This document shows positions 7,023 through 16,087 of a DNA stretch of 62,441 nucleotides, one piece after another. The notes under the pieces were generated by a model. That model was not told where the DNA came from, made no database searches, and worked only from the letters and a program-made list of their open reading frames with translations. Within the stretch, counting starts at the first letter, position 1, and every line of letters begins with the position of its first letter. The position numbers and the translations under genes are program-made. The DNA comes from Bacilli bacterium (GTDB lineage: Bacteria > Bacillota_I > Bacilli_A > RFN20 > CAG-826): the NCBI GenBank assembly GCA_036657515.1, contig JAVXGI010000004.1, positions 1-62,441 of the forward strand. The letters run 5' to 3'.

Positions 7023-8613
7023 TAATTAATGATTCTTCATTCATTTCAACTGGTTTTTTTGCTCCTAATAAATCAAGAATTGTAGGTGCAACATTAGCAA
7101 GTTTGCCAACGCCTTTTGGCATTAGTTTTAATCCCTTTATATTAATACAAAGTGGTACTAAATTAGTTGTATGAGCAGTCATTGGTCTATTATCAACATC
7201 AAGTATTTCTTCAGCGTTTCCATGATCTGCAGTAACAATTAAAGCAGCATTATTTTCATGTGCCCAATCTATTACTTTTCCAACACATGTATCAACTGTT
7301 TCAACAGCTTTAATTACAGCACTACGAACTGCCGTATGACCAACCATGTCACAGTTTGCAAAATTTAGAATAACTACATCAAGATCTTTTTTATTTAATT
7401 CTTTTAGTAAGGCTTCCGTAATTTTAAAAGCTGACATCTCTGGTTGCTCATCATAAGTTGCAACTTTTGGAGAAGGAATTAAAACTCTTCTGCATCCTTT
7501 AAGTTCTGGCTTTTCTTTTCCATCATAATTTACGGTGCCATCAAAGAAAAATGTGACGTGAGCATATTTTTCAGTTTCAGCAATACGAAGTTGAGTATAA
7601 CCATTATTAGCAAGATAAACTCCTAACATATTTTCATTTGATGGCAGTGAGAAGGCGATTTCGCCTTTTACGCTATCAGCATATTTCATGGTACAAACAT
7701 AGAATAAGTTTTTTAAGATATGTTCTGGAACATATTCTTTAAAAACTTTACTTCCGTCAGCGTTAACTGGTGAAGTTTTATAAAAATATGGGTTAGTGAA
7801 TATGGTTGAGATTTGAATAGCTCTATCTGGACGGAAGTTCATAAAAATAATGGAATCATTATCTTTTATTCTTCCATCTACTAAGGAATTGTATGCTGGA
7901 ATGATAAATTCATCACTTGCATCACGACCTTGAGTAACTAATTCTTTATAAGATTTAGTAAAGAATTCTTTTGTATCTGTAAAGGAATCTCCAATATGAT
8001 CAACCATTACTTTATAAGAAACATCGTTTCTTGCTAAGTTTTTGTCTCTATCCATAGCATAATATCTTCCAGAGATATCAGCGATATGACCAAAGTTAAG
8101 TTCTTTCATTTCATCTTCTACACGTTTAATATAGCTATATCCTGATTGAGGATCAACATCTCTTCCATCCATAAAAGCATGTAAATAGAGATCTTTTAAT
8201 CCATTCATTTTAGCCATTTTAATAATAGCTAAAACGTGTTCAACGTGAGAATGAACTCCACCATCACTTAATAAAGCAAAAATATGTAAAGCTGAATTAT
8301 TTTTCTTTACATGTTCAAAAGCATCAATATATTTTTCATTCTTATAAAAACTGCCATCTTTAACAGCTTTATTAATAAGAGTTAGTGATTGATAAACAAC
8401 TCTTCCAGCACCTAAATTACAGTGTCCGACTTCACTATTACCCATTTGTCCTTCTGGTAATCCAACTTCTAAACCTGAAGCATGAATATAAGTTAGTGGA
8501 TATTCACTAAAATATTTATCTAAATTAGGTTTTTTAGCTTCGGCAATTGCATTGCCATGTTTTTCTGCTCTACTTCCATATCCGTCCATAATGCATAATA
8601 TTACTGGTTTCAT
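7012..8613 (-). CDS. gpmI: 2,3-bisphosphoglycerate-independent phosphoglycerate mutase
   Basis: 533 aa. Motifs CIMDGYG, GNSEVGH, SDGGVHSH and TADHGNAE. Confidence 0.95.
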   Translation of the reverse strand: MKPVILCIMDGYGSRAEKHGNAIAEAKKPNLDKYFSEYPLTYIHASGLEVGLPEGQMGNSEVGHCNLGAGRVVYQSLTLINKAVKDGSFYKNEKYIDAFEHVKKNNSALHIFALLSDGGVHSHVEHVLAIIKMAKMNGLKDLYLHAFMDGRDVDPQSGYSYIKRVEDEMKELNFGHIADISGRYYAMDRDKNLARNDVSYKVMVDHIGDSFTDTKEFFTKSYKELVTQGRDASDEFIIPAYNSLVDGRIKDNDSIIFMNFRPDRAIQISTIFTNPYFYKTSPVNADGSKVFKEYVPEHILKNLFYVCTMKYADSVKGEIAFSLPSNENMLGVYLANNGYTQLRIAETEKYAHVTFFFDGTVNYDGKEKPELKGCRRVLIPSPKVATYDEQPEMSAFKITEALLKELNKKDLDVVILNFANCDMVGHTAVRSAVIKAVETVDTCVGKVIDWAHENNAALIVTADHGNAEEILDVDNRPMTAHTTNLVPLCINIKGLKLMPKGVGKLANVAPTILDLLGAKKPVEMNEESLIISK

Positions 8614-8691
8614 AATTTTTTCCTTCTTTCTGCTACATTAATATTTTAATGATTTTATAGATAAATACAATTTATTTACCTTATTTAGTGA

Positions 8692-8720
8692 AAATAAAAA
8701 GGCGTTCTTTACAGAACGCC
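8692..8720 (-). terminator. Terminator after pepF
   Basis: GGCGTTCT (8701-8708) / AGAACGCC (8713-8720), loop TTAC, with a T-run on the minus strand. It lies 5 nt from the pepF stop. Confidence 0.75.
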
Positions 8721-8725
8721 GATTT

Positions 8726-10420
8726 TTACATTTTTGCGTCGTCGAAGTTATCGATAACTTTAAGAAGTGGTTTAATGTTTTTCTTCATTGTACCTTTCTT
8801 AAATGGATCTCTTAGATGAGCTTTTTTAAGTAGTGTTCTAAATGGATATTTACCACCCATAGAACAAAGTTTTACATATTTATCCCATGTTTTTTCTTTG
8901 TCTTCTAATGATTCATCAAGGAATTCAAAAGCAATAACTTGAGCTAAAGTATAATCTATATAATAGAATGGAGAAGAGAATATATGTCCTTGACGTAACC
9001 ACCAAGTTCCACTATTTAAGAATTTAAATCCATTATATTTCTTAAGTGGTAAGTATTTCTTTTCTATTTCTCTCCATTTTGCGCAACGTTCTGCATGAGT
9101 AGCATTTACATTTTCATAAACATAATGTTGGAACTCATCAACAGTTGCACCATATGGTAAGAATTCTATAGCATCAGTAAGATGCATAAATTTATATTTT
9201 TCAGCATCTTTTCCAAAGAATAAATTCATCCATGGCCAAGCAAGGAATTCCATTGACATAGAATGTATTTCACAAGCTTCATATCCTGGCATATGATATT
9301 CTGGAATTTTGATATCTTTTGACATATAACCTTGGAAAGCATGACCAACTTCATGAGTTAATACATTTAAATCATCTGATGTTCCATTAAAATTAGAGAA
9401 TATAAATGGAGCTTTATAGGTTGGAAGATAAGTCATATATCCACCTGGAGCTTTTCCTAATCTTGTTTCAAGATCTAATAAGTTAGATTCTTTCATAAAG
9501 GTGAAGAATTCTCCAGTTTCTTTAGACATTTCATCATACATTTGTTGAGCTTCACTAACTAATTTAGCAGCATCACCATTTGGCATAGGATTTCCTGTTA
9601 AGAATGATAAATTTAAATCATAGAACATTGGATTTTTAATACCGATTCTTGCTGCTTGTTTTTTAATAAGCTTTTTATAGATTGGACAAACATTTTTTCT
9701 AATTTGTTCACGATATTCAGCAACCATAGTTGCATCATAATCTACACGTCCTAAATTAAGGTAACCTAATTCAACATAGTTTTTAAAACCTAATTTATGA
9801 GCCATATTATCTCTTAAATGAACTAATTTATCATAAATTTCACCTAAAGCTTCATTATTCTTTAAAAAGAAATCTGAAGATAATTTAGCAACTTTTTTTC
9901 TTTCTTCTCTATCTAAAGATTGTGAAAACTTTCTTAATCCTGATAGATTGTATATTTGTCCTTTATATTTAATTTTAGCACCGCCTAAAATTGCATCATA
10001 TTGAGTGGTTAATTTGCTTTCTTCAATTAAATCAGGAATAATTTTTTCATCAAACGATCTTACTGCGCCTTCATATTTTTGGAATAAATATTCTCCAAAA
10101 ATATTCTCGAGCTCTTTTCTAAATGATTTAGAAAGAATTTCTTTTATGATTGGCATCTTGTAAGAAGAAATTACTGGAATTATTTCATCCGTTGCATTTT
10201 TAGCATCTAAATATTCTTTGTTTGTTGTATCAATTGAATAACGAATAGAAATAACTGTAACATCCGTCTCTAAATTAGATTCAAATTTATACATTTTTTT
10301 CATTAATGTAGCAACTTCTTTGGCATCGTTTGCTAATTTAATTTTCTCTAAAGCTTCCTTGTAAAATTTTTCGCATTCCTTAATATCAGGAATTCTTAGT
10401 GGCAATTCATTAAAATTCAT
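8726..10420 (-). CDS. pepF: Oligoendopeptidase F (M3B metallopeptidase)
   Basis: 564 aa with the zinc motif HEVGHAF and downstream E (EACEIHSMSME). Length and layout are typical of PepF. Confidence 0.85.
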   Translation of the reverse strand: MNFNELPLRIPDIKECEKFYKEALEKIKLANDAKEVATLMKKMYKFESNLETDVTVISIRYSIDTTNKEYLDAKNATDEIIPVISSYKMPIIKEILSKSFRKELENIFGEYLFQKYEGAVRSFDEKIIPDLIEESKLTTQYDAILGGAKIKYKGQIYNLSGLRKFSQSLDREERKKVAKLSSDFFLKNNEALGEIYDKLVHLRDNMAHKLGFKNYVELGYLNLGRVDYDATMVAEYREQIRKNVCPIYKKLIKKQAARIGIKNPMFYDLNLSFLTGNPMPNGDAAKLVSEAQQMYDEMSKETGEFFTFMKESNLLDLETRLGKAPGGYMTYLPTYKAPFIFSNFNGTSDDLNVLTHEVGHAFQGYMSKDIKIPEYHMPGYEACEIHSMSMEFLAWPWMNLFFGKDAEKYKFMHLTDAIEFLPYGATVDEFQHYVYENVNATHAERCAKWREIEKKYLPLKKYNGFKFLNSGTWWLRQGHIFSSPFYYIDYTLAQVIAFEFLDESLEDKEKTWDKYVKLCSMGGKYPFRTLLKKAHLRDPFKKGTMKKNIKPLLKVIDNFDDAKM

Positions 10421-10437
10421 TGCAAAACCTCCTTATT

Positions 10438-10962
10438 TTAATAAATAGACTCTCTTTTTTTAAATTTGCATAACTTAACTAACCATCTTCCAATTATAAA
10501 ATTAACCCAGTAGTTATAACCACCTAGATTGCTATTATAATCTTCAACAACTTGATTATATAAAGCTGAGTTTTCGTCAGCAAATTTTTTAATAGTATTT
10601 AGTTCATTAGCAAAATCAATATTTTCCACCGCACTTACTGTGCGGTATAATTTTCTAAAAAATTTATCAGTTTCTTTATAGAAACTAGAAATTGTCATTG
10701 ATGGATCGATGGTATTTAGTTTGTTTCTAGGAATAATATTTCCGATATCGATGTTATTTTTACGGCATAAATCGATAAGAAGTTTAGTAATATCTATCTT
10801 TTCTGAAACAATAACTTTAAGAGGAGCCATATAAGAATCAAGTTTCTTTTTAAAATAAATAATAGAATACATTTTCCACACTAAAAAGCCAACATAGTAA
10901 ACAATTACTAATGTTAGCACAAGTGCTGTTATTTCATACCAAGTAAGGGAAATAATTAACAT
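10438..10962 (-). CDS. N-terminally membrane-anchored protein, function unknown
   Basis: 174 aa with a single N-terminal TM (ITALVLTLVIVYYVGFLVW). No catalytic motif recognised. A LemA-like fold was considered but the LemA core motif is absent. Confidence 0.5.
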   Translation of the reverse strand: MLIISLTWYEITALVLTLVIVYYVGFLVWKMYSIIYFKKKLDSYMAPLKVIVSEKIDITKLLIDLCRKNNIDIGNIIPRNKLNTIDPSMTISSFYKETDKFFRKLYRTVSAVENIDFANELNTIKKFADENSALYNQVVEDYNSNLGGYNYWVNFIIGRWLVKLCKFKKRESIY

Positions 10963-11047
10963 ATTACTTTATTATAGTTAAAAACGCCCAAAAATAAAGA
11001 AATATCATTAATATTTTACTTATTACAAATACTAATATTTTAAAATA

Positions 11048-11056
11048 TGGTATAAT
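11048..11056 (+). promoter_or_regulatory. Extended -10 promoter element TGgTATAAT for the HAD-like/ispD/S1-pgi operon
   Basis: TG at 11048-11049 and TATAAT at 11051-11056, 25 nt upstream of ATG 11082. Confidence 0.5.
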
Positions 11057-11081
11057 TAAGACATATTTAGTGAGGAAAAAC

Positions 11082-11918
11082 ATGAAAAAACCTATTGTGG
11101 CATTAATTTACGACTTTGATAAAACATTATCTACGACAGATATGCAAAATTATACATTTATACCTTCTCTCGGACTTACTCCAGCTCAATTTTGGGGTGC
11201 AACAACTGAATTTGCTGATCGTGAAGGAATTGAAAAAATTCTTTCTTATATGTATATGATGTTAAGTGAAACAAAAAAACATAATATTCATCTTACAAAA
11301 AAATTCTTAATCGATTGTGGAAAAGACATTAAATATTATCCAGGAGTTGAATCTTGGTTTGATAGAATCGATAAATATGGAAAAGAACATGGCGTTAATG
11401 TCGAACATTATGTTAATTCATCTGGAAACAAAGAAATTATCTTAGGATCAACGATTTGCAAATATTTTAAAGCTGTTTATGGCTGTGAATTCCTTTATAG
11501 TGCTCAAACAAAAGAAGCTATTTGGCCAAAAACAGTTATTAACTATACACAAAAAACTCAATACTTATTTAGAATCTCAAAAGGCGCATTAGACCTTAAA
11601 GACGATAACAAAGTAAACAAAAAAGCTCTTAAAAAGAGAGTGGAAATGAAAAACATGGTCTATATCGGAGACGGATTAACTGATATTCCTTGCATGGTTT
11701 TAGTACGTGATAACGGTGGTATATCTATTGCTATTACGGATGATGAAACTACATACACTTCTTCTACTTTATTAAAAGATAAACGTGTCAACTTCTCTTG
11801 TAAACCAAACTATAAAGAAGGTTCAAAACTTGAAACAATTATTAAAAACTTTATAGATAGAGCTTCAGCTCAAGCAAAACTCGATGAAACAGATAGACAA
11901 TTAACAGACAGAAAATAA
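11082..11918 (+). CDS. HAD-superfamily hydrolase-like protein
   Basis: DFDKTL (motif I) near the N-terminus and GDGLTDIPCM (motif IV). The start is set at ATG 11082 (GAGG lies 6 nt upstream) rather than the track GTG at 11070. Confidence 0.7.
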   Translation: MKKPIVALIYDFDKTLSTTDMQNYTFIPSLGLTPAQFWGATTEFADREGIEKILSYMYMMLSETKKHNIHLTKKFLIDCGKDIKYYPGVESWFDRIDKYGKEHGVNVEHYVNSSGNKEIILGSTICKYFKAVYGCEFLYSAQTKEAIWPKTVINYTQKTQYLFRISKGALDLKDDNKVNKKALKKRVEMKNMVYIGDGLTDIPCMVLVRDNGGISIAITDDETTYTSSTLLKDKRVNFSCKPNYKEGSKLETIIKNFIDRASAQAKLDETDRQLTDRK

Positions 11919-11919
11919 A

Positions 11920-12597
11920 ATGAACTATTTTATATTATTATGTGGGGGAGTTGGTTCTAGATATAGATCAATAACACCAAAGCAATTTACAAAAATAAAT
12001 AATACATATGTATTTATGTATTCTTTAATTGAGGCTAAAAAAGCTAATATTTTCGATCAATATATAATTGCTGCTGATGATAATTTTTTCGATTTAATAA
12101 AAAAAGAAACCGAACATCTTCAAATAGATATTAAATTTGCCAAACCAGGTAAAACACGTGAATTATCCGTATATAATTCCATTGCTGCAATTAATGATGA
12201 ATCAAATAATAGCATCGTGATGATTCACGATGCTGCTCGTGTTTTACTAAAAGCATCTTTAATTAATGAATTATACGTGAAATGCAGTGAATTTAACTCA
12301 GCTGTTCCTTATAAACTAGAAAAAAATGCAATTTTTGATATAAATACTTCATCTTATTTAAATAAAAAAGACCTTTACGTGATTGAAACTCCACAAGCTT
12401 TTAACTTTTTAAGTTATCGCAAAGCTATTAATATTGCTGTTGAAAATGGAGAAATTTCTGCTGAGGATGATGGATATATTTACAACATGTATGTCGATGA
12501 TTTAAAATTTGTTTTAAATGATAAACCAAATTTTAAATTAACAACGCAAGATGATATTAGTCTAATTGAAAAAGAATTAAAAAATGAAAGTAAATGA
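11920..12597 (+). CDS. ispD: IspD-family cytidylyltransferase (2-C-methyl-D-erythritol 4-phosphate cytidylyltransferase or TarI-like)
   Basis: LLCGGVGSRYRS nucleotide-binding loop, HDAARV, ETPQAF and NFKLTTQDD motifs of the IspD family. It starts 1 nt after the upstream stop. Confidence 0.75.
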   Translation: MNYFILLCGGVGSRYRSITPKQFTKINNTYVFMYSLIEAKKANIFDQYIIAADDNFFDLIKKETEHLQIDIKFAKPGKTRELSVYNSIAAINDESNNSIVMIHDAARVLLKASLINELYVKCSEFNSAVPYKLEKNAIFDINTSSYLNKKDLYVIETPQAFNFLSYRKAINIAVENGEISAEDDGYIYNMYVDDLKFVLNDKPNFKLTTQDDISLIEKELKNESK

Positions 12598-14191
12598 TAT
12601 TGTAAAAGCCAAAATACTTTATATAAGACCTTATGGTTTATTTTTAGAAATTGAAGATGGATGCGAAGGGCTTTTACATATCAGTGAGATATCTGAAAGA
12701 TATATCAAAAATATATATCTTCTCTATACCAAAGGACAATATATAAGTGTTAAAATATTAAAGATTGATGAACGTAATAAACATATCAGTTTTACTTTAA
12801 AAGGTATGTCCGAAGACGAAAAAGAATTAATCGATGCTCCGCTTAATGACTCTACTAAATTACTAAACAATATCGGATTATGGATAAAAAACTACAATAA
12901 AGAGGATAAAAATATGAAATTAAATTTAAATTATGTAAAAAATCCAGCAAACATCAAGTTTTATGAAGAAAAAGTAAAAACTATTAATCATATGATTAAT
13001 GAAAAAACAGGACTTGGTTCTGAATATTTAGGCTGGACTACCTATCCTAACGATTATAACAAAACTGAAGTCGCTCGCATTATTCAAAAAGCAAAATATG
13101 TTCGTGATAACTTCGAAGTTCTCGTTGTTTGTGGCATTGGGGGAAGTTACCTTGGTGCTCGCGCTGCAATCGAAGCAATTAATGGAGTTCATTCAGCTGA
13201 TAAATTAGAAATTATTTATATGGGACAAACTTTCTCATCTAACTATATTGCTTCTATTCTTGCTTATTTAGAACACAAAAAATTTGCTATCAATGTTATT
13301 TCTAAATCTGGTACTACAACTGAAACATCAGTTTCGTTTAGATTATTAAAAGAATTATTAGAAAAACAACTTGGTAAAGAAAAAGCTCGTGATGCAATTA
13401 TTGCTACCACTGATAAAGCAAAGGGTGCATTAAAAGAATTAGCAAACGCTGAAGGTTATGAAACTTATGTGTTACCTGATGATATTGGTGGACGTTATTC
13501 CGTTTTAACTGCAGTTGGTTTATTTCCAATTGCATGTGCTGGAATTGATATTAATTTATTATTAGATGGTGCTCGTGATGCAATGATTGAATTTGATAAC
13601 GATGACATCTATACAAATAAAGCCTATCAATACGCTATTTTACGTGACTCCTTATATAGATCTGGTAAAAGCGTTGAAATGTTTGTAAGTTATGAACCAT
13701 GTTTAGTTGAATTAAATGAATGGCTTAAACAATTATTTGGAGAAACAGAAGGTAAAGATAAAAAAGGTTTACTTCCAGATAGCGCTCATTTTACAACTGA
13801 TCTTCATAGTCTAGGACAATTCATTCAAGAAGGTTCTCCAATTCTTTTTGAAACAGTATTATATTTCCATACTTCTGCTTCTCAAGTTCTTGTTCCTCAT
13901 GATGCTGAGAATCTTGATGGACTAAATTACCTTGAAGGAAAATCATTAGATTATATTAACGAAAAAGCCTTCCTTGGAACGCTTGATGCTCATGCTAACG
14001 CCGGAGGCGTTGATAATATTGTTCTTGAATTTGATAAATTAGATACCTATACCTTAGGTTATATGTTTTATTTCTTTATGAGAGTAGTTGCAATGAGTGC
14101 ATATCTTCTTGAAATCAATCCATTTAATCAACCTGGAGTAGAAATATACAAAAAAAATATGTTCCATTTACTAGGTAAAAAAGGCTACTAG
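12584..14191 (+). CDS. pgi: S1 RNA-binding domain (YugI/GSP13-like) fused in frame to glucose-6-phosphate isomerase
   Basis: Residues 1-75 form an S1 fold (VKAKILYIRPYGLFLEIEDGCEGLLHISEIS). Residues 111-535 are a complete Firmicute-type Pgi (GIGGSYLGARAA, SKSGTTTET, GGRYSV). No stop codon lies between them. An internal AGAGGA plus 7 nt plus ATG at 12914 could also start Pgi alone. Confidence 0.85.
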   Translation: MKVNDIVKAKILYIRPYGLFLEIEDGCEGLLHISEISERYIKNIYLLYTKGQYISVKILKIDERNKHISFTLKGMSEDEKELIDAPLNDSTKLLNNIGLWIKNYNKEDKNMKLNLNYVKNPANIKFYEEKVKTINHMINEKTGLGSEYLGWTTYPNDYNKTEVARIIQKAKYVRDNFEVLVVCGIGGSYLGARAAIEAINGVHSADKLEIIYMGQTFSSNYIASILAYLEHKKFAINVISKSGTTTETSVSFRLLKELLEKQLGKEKARDAIIATTDKAKGALKELANAEGYETYVLPDDIGGRYSVLTAVGLFPIACAGIDINLLLDGARDAMIEFDNDDIYTNKAYQYAILRDSLYRSGKSVEMFVSYEPCLVELNEWLKQLFGETEGKDKKGLLPDSAHFTTDLHSLGQFIQEGSPILFETVLYFHTSASQVLVPHDAENLDGLNYLEGKSLDYINEKAFLGTLDAHANAGGVDNIVLEFDKLDTYTLGYMFYFFMRVVAMSAYLLEINPFNQPGVEIYKKNMFHLLGKKGY

Positions 14192-14309
14192 ACAACTTAG
14201 TAGGCTAAAGATGATTATATTTAAGTAAAAACCATTTAATTGAATATTTTTTCTTGAATAAACATCCCTTTAATGATATATTTATTAAGCACATGCTGAA
14301 AAGGACAAC

Positions 14310-14385
14310 GGATGTTTAGCTCAGTTGGGAGAGCATCGCCTTTACACGGCGGAGGTCGTGGGTTCGAGCCCCTCAACATCCACCA
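14310..14385 (+). tRNA. tRNA-Val (anticodon TAC), CCA encoded
   Basis: 76 nt. Acceptor GGATGTT/AACATCC, anticodon loop TTTACAC, T-arm GGGTTCGAGCCCC. Confidence 0.9.
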
Positions 14386-14415
14386 GTAAGTTTAAAAAAT
14401 GTGTCATTAAAAAAC

Positions 14416-14499
14416 GGAGGGGTAGCGAAGTGGCTAAACGCGGCTGACTGTAAATCAGCTCTCTAGGGTTCGGCAGTTCGAATCTGCCCCCCTCCACCA
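14416..14499 (+). tRNA. tRNA-Tyr (anticodon GTA), CCA encoded
   Basis: 84 nt with a long variable arm. Acceptor GGAGGGG/CCCCTCC, anticodon loop CTGTAAA. Confidence 0.9.
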
Positions 14500-14505
14500 C
14501 TTTAT

Positions 14506-14580
14506 TGGGGTGTAGCCAAGTGGTAAGGCAATAGACTTTGACTCTATCATTCGCTGGTTCGACCCCAGCCACCCCAGCCA
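14506..14580 (+). tRNA. tRNA-Gln (anticodon TTG), CCA encoded
   Basis: 75 nt. Acceptor TGGGGTG/CACCCCA, anticodon stem ATAGA/TCTAT with loop CTTTGAC. Confidence 0.9.
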
Positions 14581-14595
14581 ACTTTCAACATAGAT

Positions 14596-14671
14596 GATCC
14601 ACTAGCTCAGTCGGTAGAGCACTTGACTTTTAATCAAGGGGTCTGGAGTTCGAATCTCCAGTGGATCACCA
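14596..14671 (+). tRNA. tRNA-Lys (anticodon TTT), CCA encoded
   Basis: 76 nt. Acceptor GATCCAC/GTGGATC, anticodon loop CTTTTAA, T-arm GGAGTTCGAATCTCC. Confidence 0.9.
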
Positions 14672-14677
14672 TTTCCT

Positions 14678-14764
14678 GCCCGAGTGGCGGAATAGGTAGA
14701 CGCACAGGACTTAAAATCCTGCGGTAGCAATACCATGCCGGTTCGATTCCGGCCTCGGGCACCA
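14678..14764 (+). tRNA. tRNA-Leu (anticodon TAA), CCA encoded
   Basis: 87 nt with a long variable arm. Acceptor GCCCGAG/CTCGGGC, anticodon loop CTTAAAA. Confidence 0.9.
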
Positions 14765-14802
14765 TTTAATTTTATTCACATCACAAATGTGTTTATATAT
14801 AG

Positions 14803-14829
14803 GCAACCAGGGTTTACCTGGGTTTTTTT
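14803..14829 (+). terminator. Terminator after the five-tRNA cluster
   Basis: AACCAGG...CCTGGGTT hairpin (one bulge) followed by a run of seven T. Confidence 0.55.
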
Positions 14830-15041
14830 ATTTTTACGCACTATTTTTACAAATACAAACGTCCAATTCGTTCGAACCCACGAACTTTATATAATTAACA
14901 GTCGCCTTTTTTTAAAGGCGACTAAAAAAACTAGTAAAATCGTTAATTATCTTTATAGCTAAAATAAAACAGTTTACTAGTTTTTTTATTTTCACATTCT
15001 TTTTTCTATTTAAATTACAAATTTTCTTCTACAATAAGAGT

Positions 15042-15785
15042 ATGAAAAAAGAATATGACATTTTACTTAAAGCAATAAAAGCTGCTAACAAAATAGTATT
15101 TTTTGGTGGCGCTGGAGTTTCTACAGCATCAGGCATAAAAGACTTCCGCAGCAAAGAAGGATTATATAATTTAAAATCTAAATATGGTGTTCCATATGAA
15201 GTAATTCTTTCTCATGATTACTTCACTTCTTATCCTTCTACTTTTTTCGAATTTTATCGTAACTTTATGATAAATTTAACTGCAAAACCTAATTCGTGCC
15301 ACGAATTTCTTAGCATGCTTGAAAACGAAAAAAGTGTCACAATAATTACTCAAAATATTGATGGATTACATCAACTTGCAGGAAGTAAAAATGTTATTGA
15401 ATTACATGGATCGATTTATCGTAATTATTGTGAGAAATGCGGTAGAATGTATCCAGTTGATGTTATTTTAAATAGTGTAGAAATTCCACATTGTCCAGTG
15501 TGTGGTGGCATCATCAAGCCTGATGTTGTCTTATATGATGAACCTCTTTTAGAAACGAATATTGCAAAAGCATTAATAAAGATTCAGGAAGCAGATTTAC
15601 TTATTGTGGCTGGAACTTCCTTACGAGTTTATCCCGCTGCTAATATGATTAACTATTTCTTTGGTGATAATATATTTGTAATAAATAAAGAAAAATTAGA
15701 TATTAGAAAGCGTGTTAAACTCGTAATGAATGATGATATTGAAGAAATATTTAATTATTTAAAAGATGTTTATCATTCTAGTTGA
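15042..15785 (+). CDS. cobB: NAD-dependent protein deacylase, Sir2/CobB family
   Basis: GAGVSTASGIKDFRS, QNIDGLH and the zinc ribbon CEKCG...CPVCGG. The 247-aa single-domain sirtuin is of housekeeping size. Confidence 0.85.
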   Translation: MKKEYDILLKAIKAANKIVFFGGAGVSTASGIKDFRSKEGLYNLKSKYGVPYEVILSHDYFTSYPSTFFEFYRNFMINLTAKPNSCHEFLSMLENEKSVTIITQNIDGLHQLAGSKNVIELHGSIYRNYCEKCGRMYPVDVILNSVEIPHCPVCGGIIKPDVVLYDEPLLETNIAKALIKIQEADLLIVAGTSLRVYPAANMINYFFGDNIFVINKEKLDIRKRVKLVMNDDIEEIFNYLKDVYHSS

Positions 15786-15820
15786 AAGAGTGATGTATAT
15801 TATATAAAATATATATCGTT

Positions 15821-16057
15821 ATGGAAAAAGAAGAAACAATAGTCCTTATCAAGAAAACTCTTGAAAAAATACGTCCATTTATCAACCGTGATGGCGGAGA
15901 TGTCGAATTTGTTGGTTTTGAAGAAGGAATAGTTTATATAAAATTACTTGGCGCTTGCGAAGGCTGCGCTATGATAGATGAAACCCTATCAAATGGTATT
16001 GAAGTAATCTTAATGGAAGAAGTTCCAGGAATACTTGCCGTAAAATTAGCACAATAA
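15821..16057 (+). CDS. NifU C-terminal-domain (Nfu-type) Fe-S cluster carrier
   Basis: 78 aa with RPFINRDGGDVEFVG and the CxxC motif GACEGCAM. Confidence 0.8.
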   Translation: MEKEETIVLIKKTLEKIRPFINRDGGDVEFVGFEEGIVYIKLLGACEGCAMIDETLSNGIEVILMEEVPGILAVKLAQ

Positions 16058-16087
16058 AAAAATGGAGATCGCATCTCCATTTTTTTC
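16056..16087. terminator. Bidirectional terminator between convergent nfu-like and nucleotidase genes
   Basis: ATGGAGAT (16062-16069) / ATCTCCAT (16073-16080) flanked by an A-run and a T-run. Confidence 0.7.

Noticed and set aside
12595-12597. Mycoplasma-type genetic code (TGA = Trp)
   Set aside because: Well-defined genes end at TGA (ispD at 12595-12597, NUDIX at 6976-6978, the exonuclease at 40712-14). All conserved proteins read through full length with the standard code.
14342-14962. Track ORFs 14342-14581 (-) and 14735-14962 (+)
   Set aside because: They lie across the Val-Tyr-Gln-Lys-Leu tRNA cluster and its terminator. Their 'proteins' are simply translated tRNA sequence with alternative start codons.
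15042-15785. Sir2-domain protein as a possible anti-phage defence gene (Thoeris/DSR-like)
   Set aside because: It is a 247-aa single-domain CobB-type sirtuin with an intact zinc ribbon and the catalytic QNIDGLH. It has no fused sensor or effector domain and no defence-type neighbours, being flanked by tRNAs and an Nfu-like gene.
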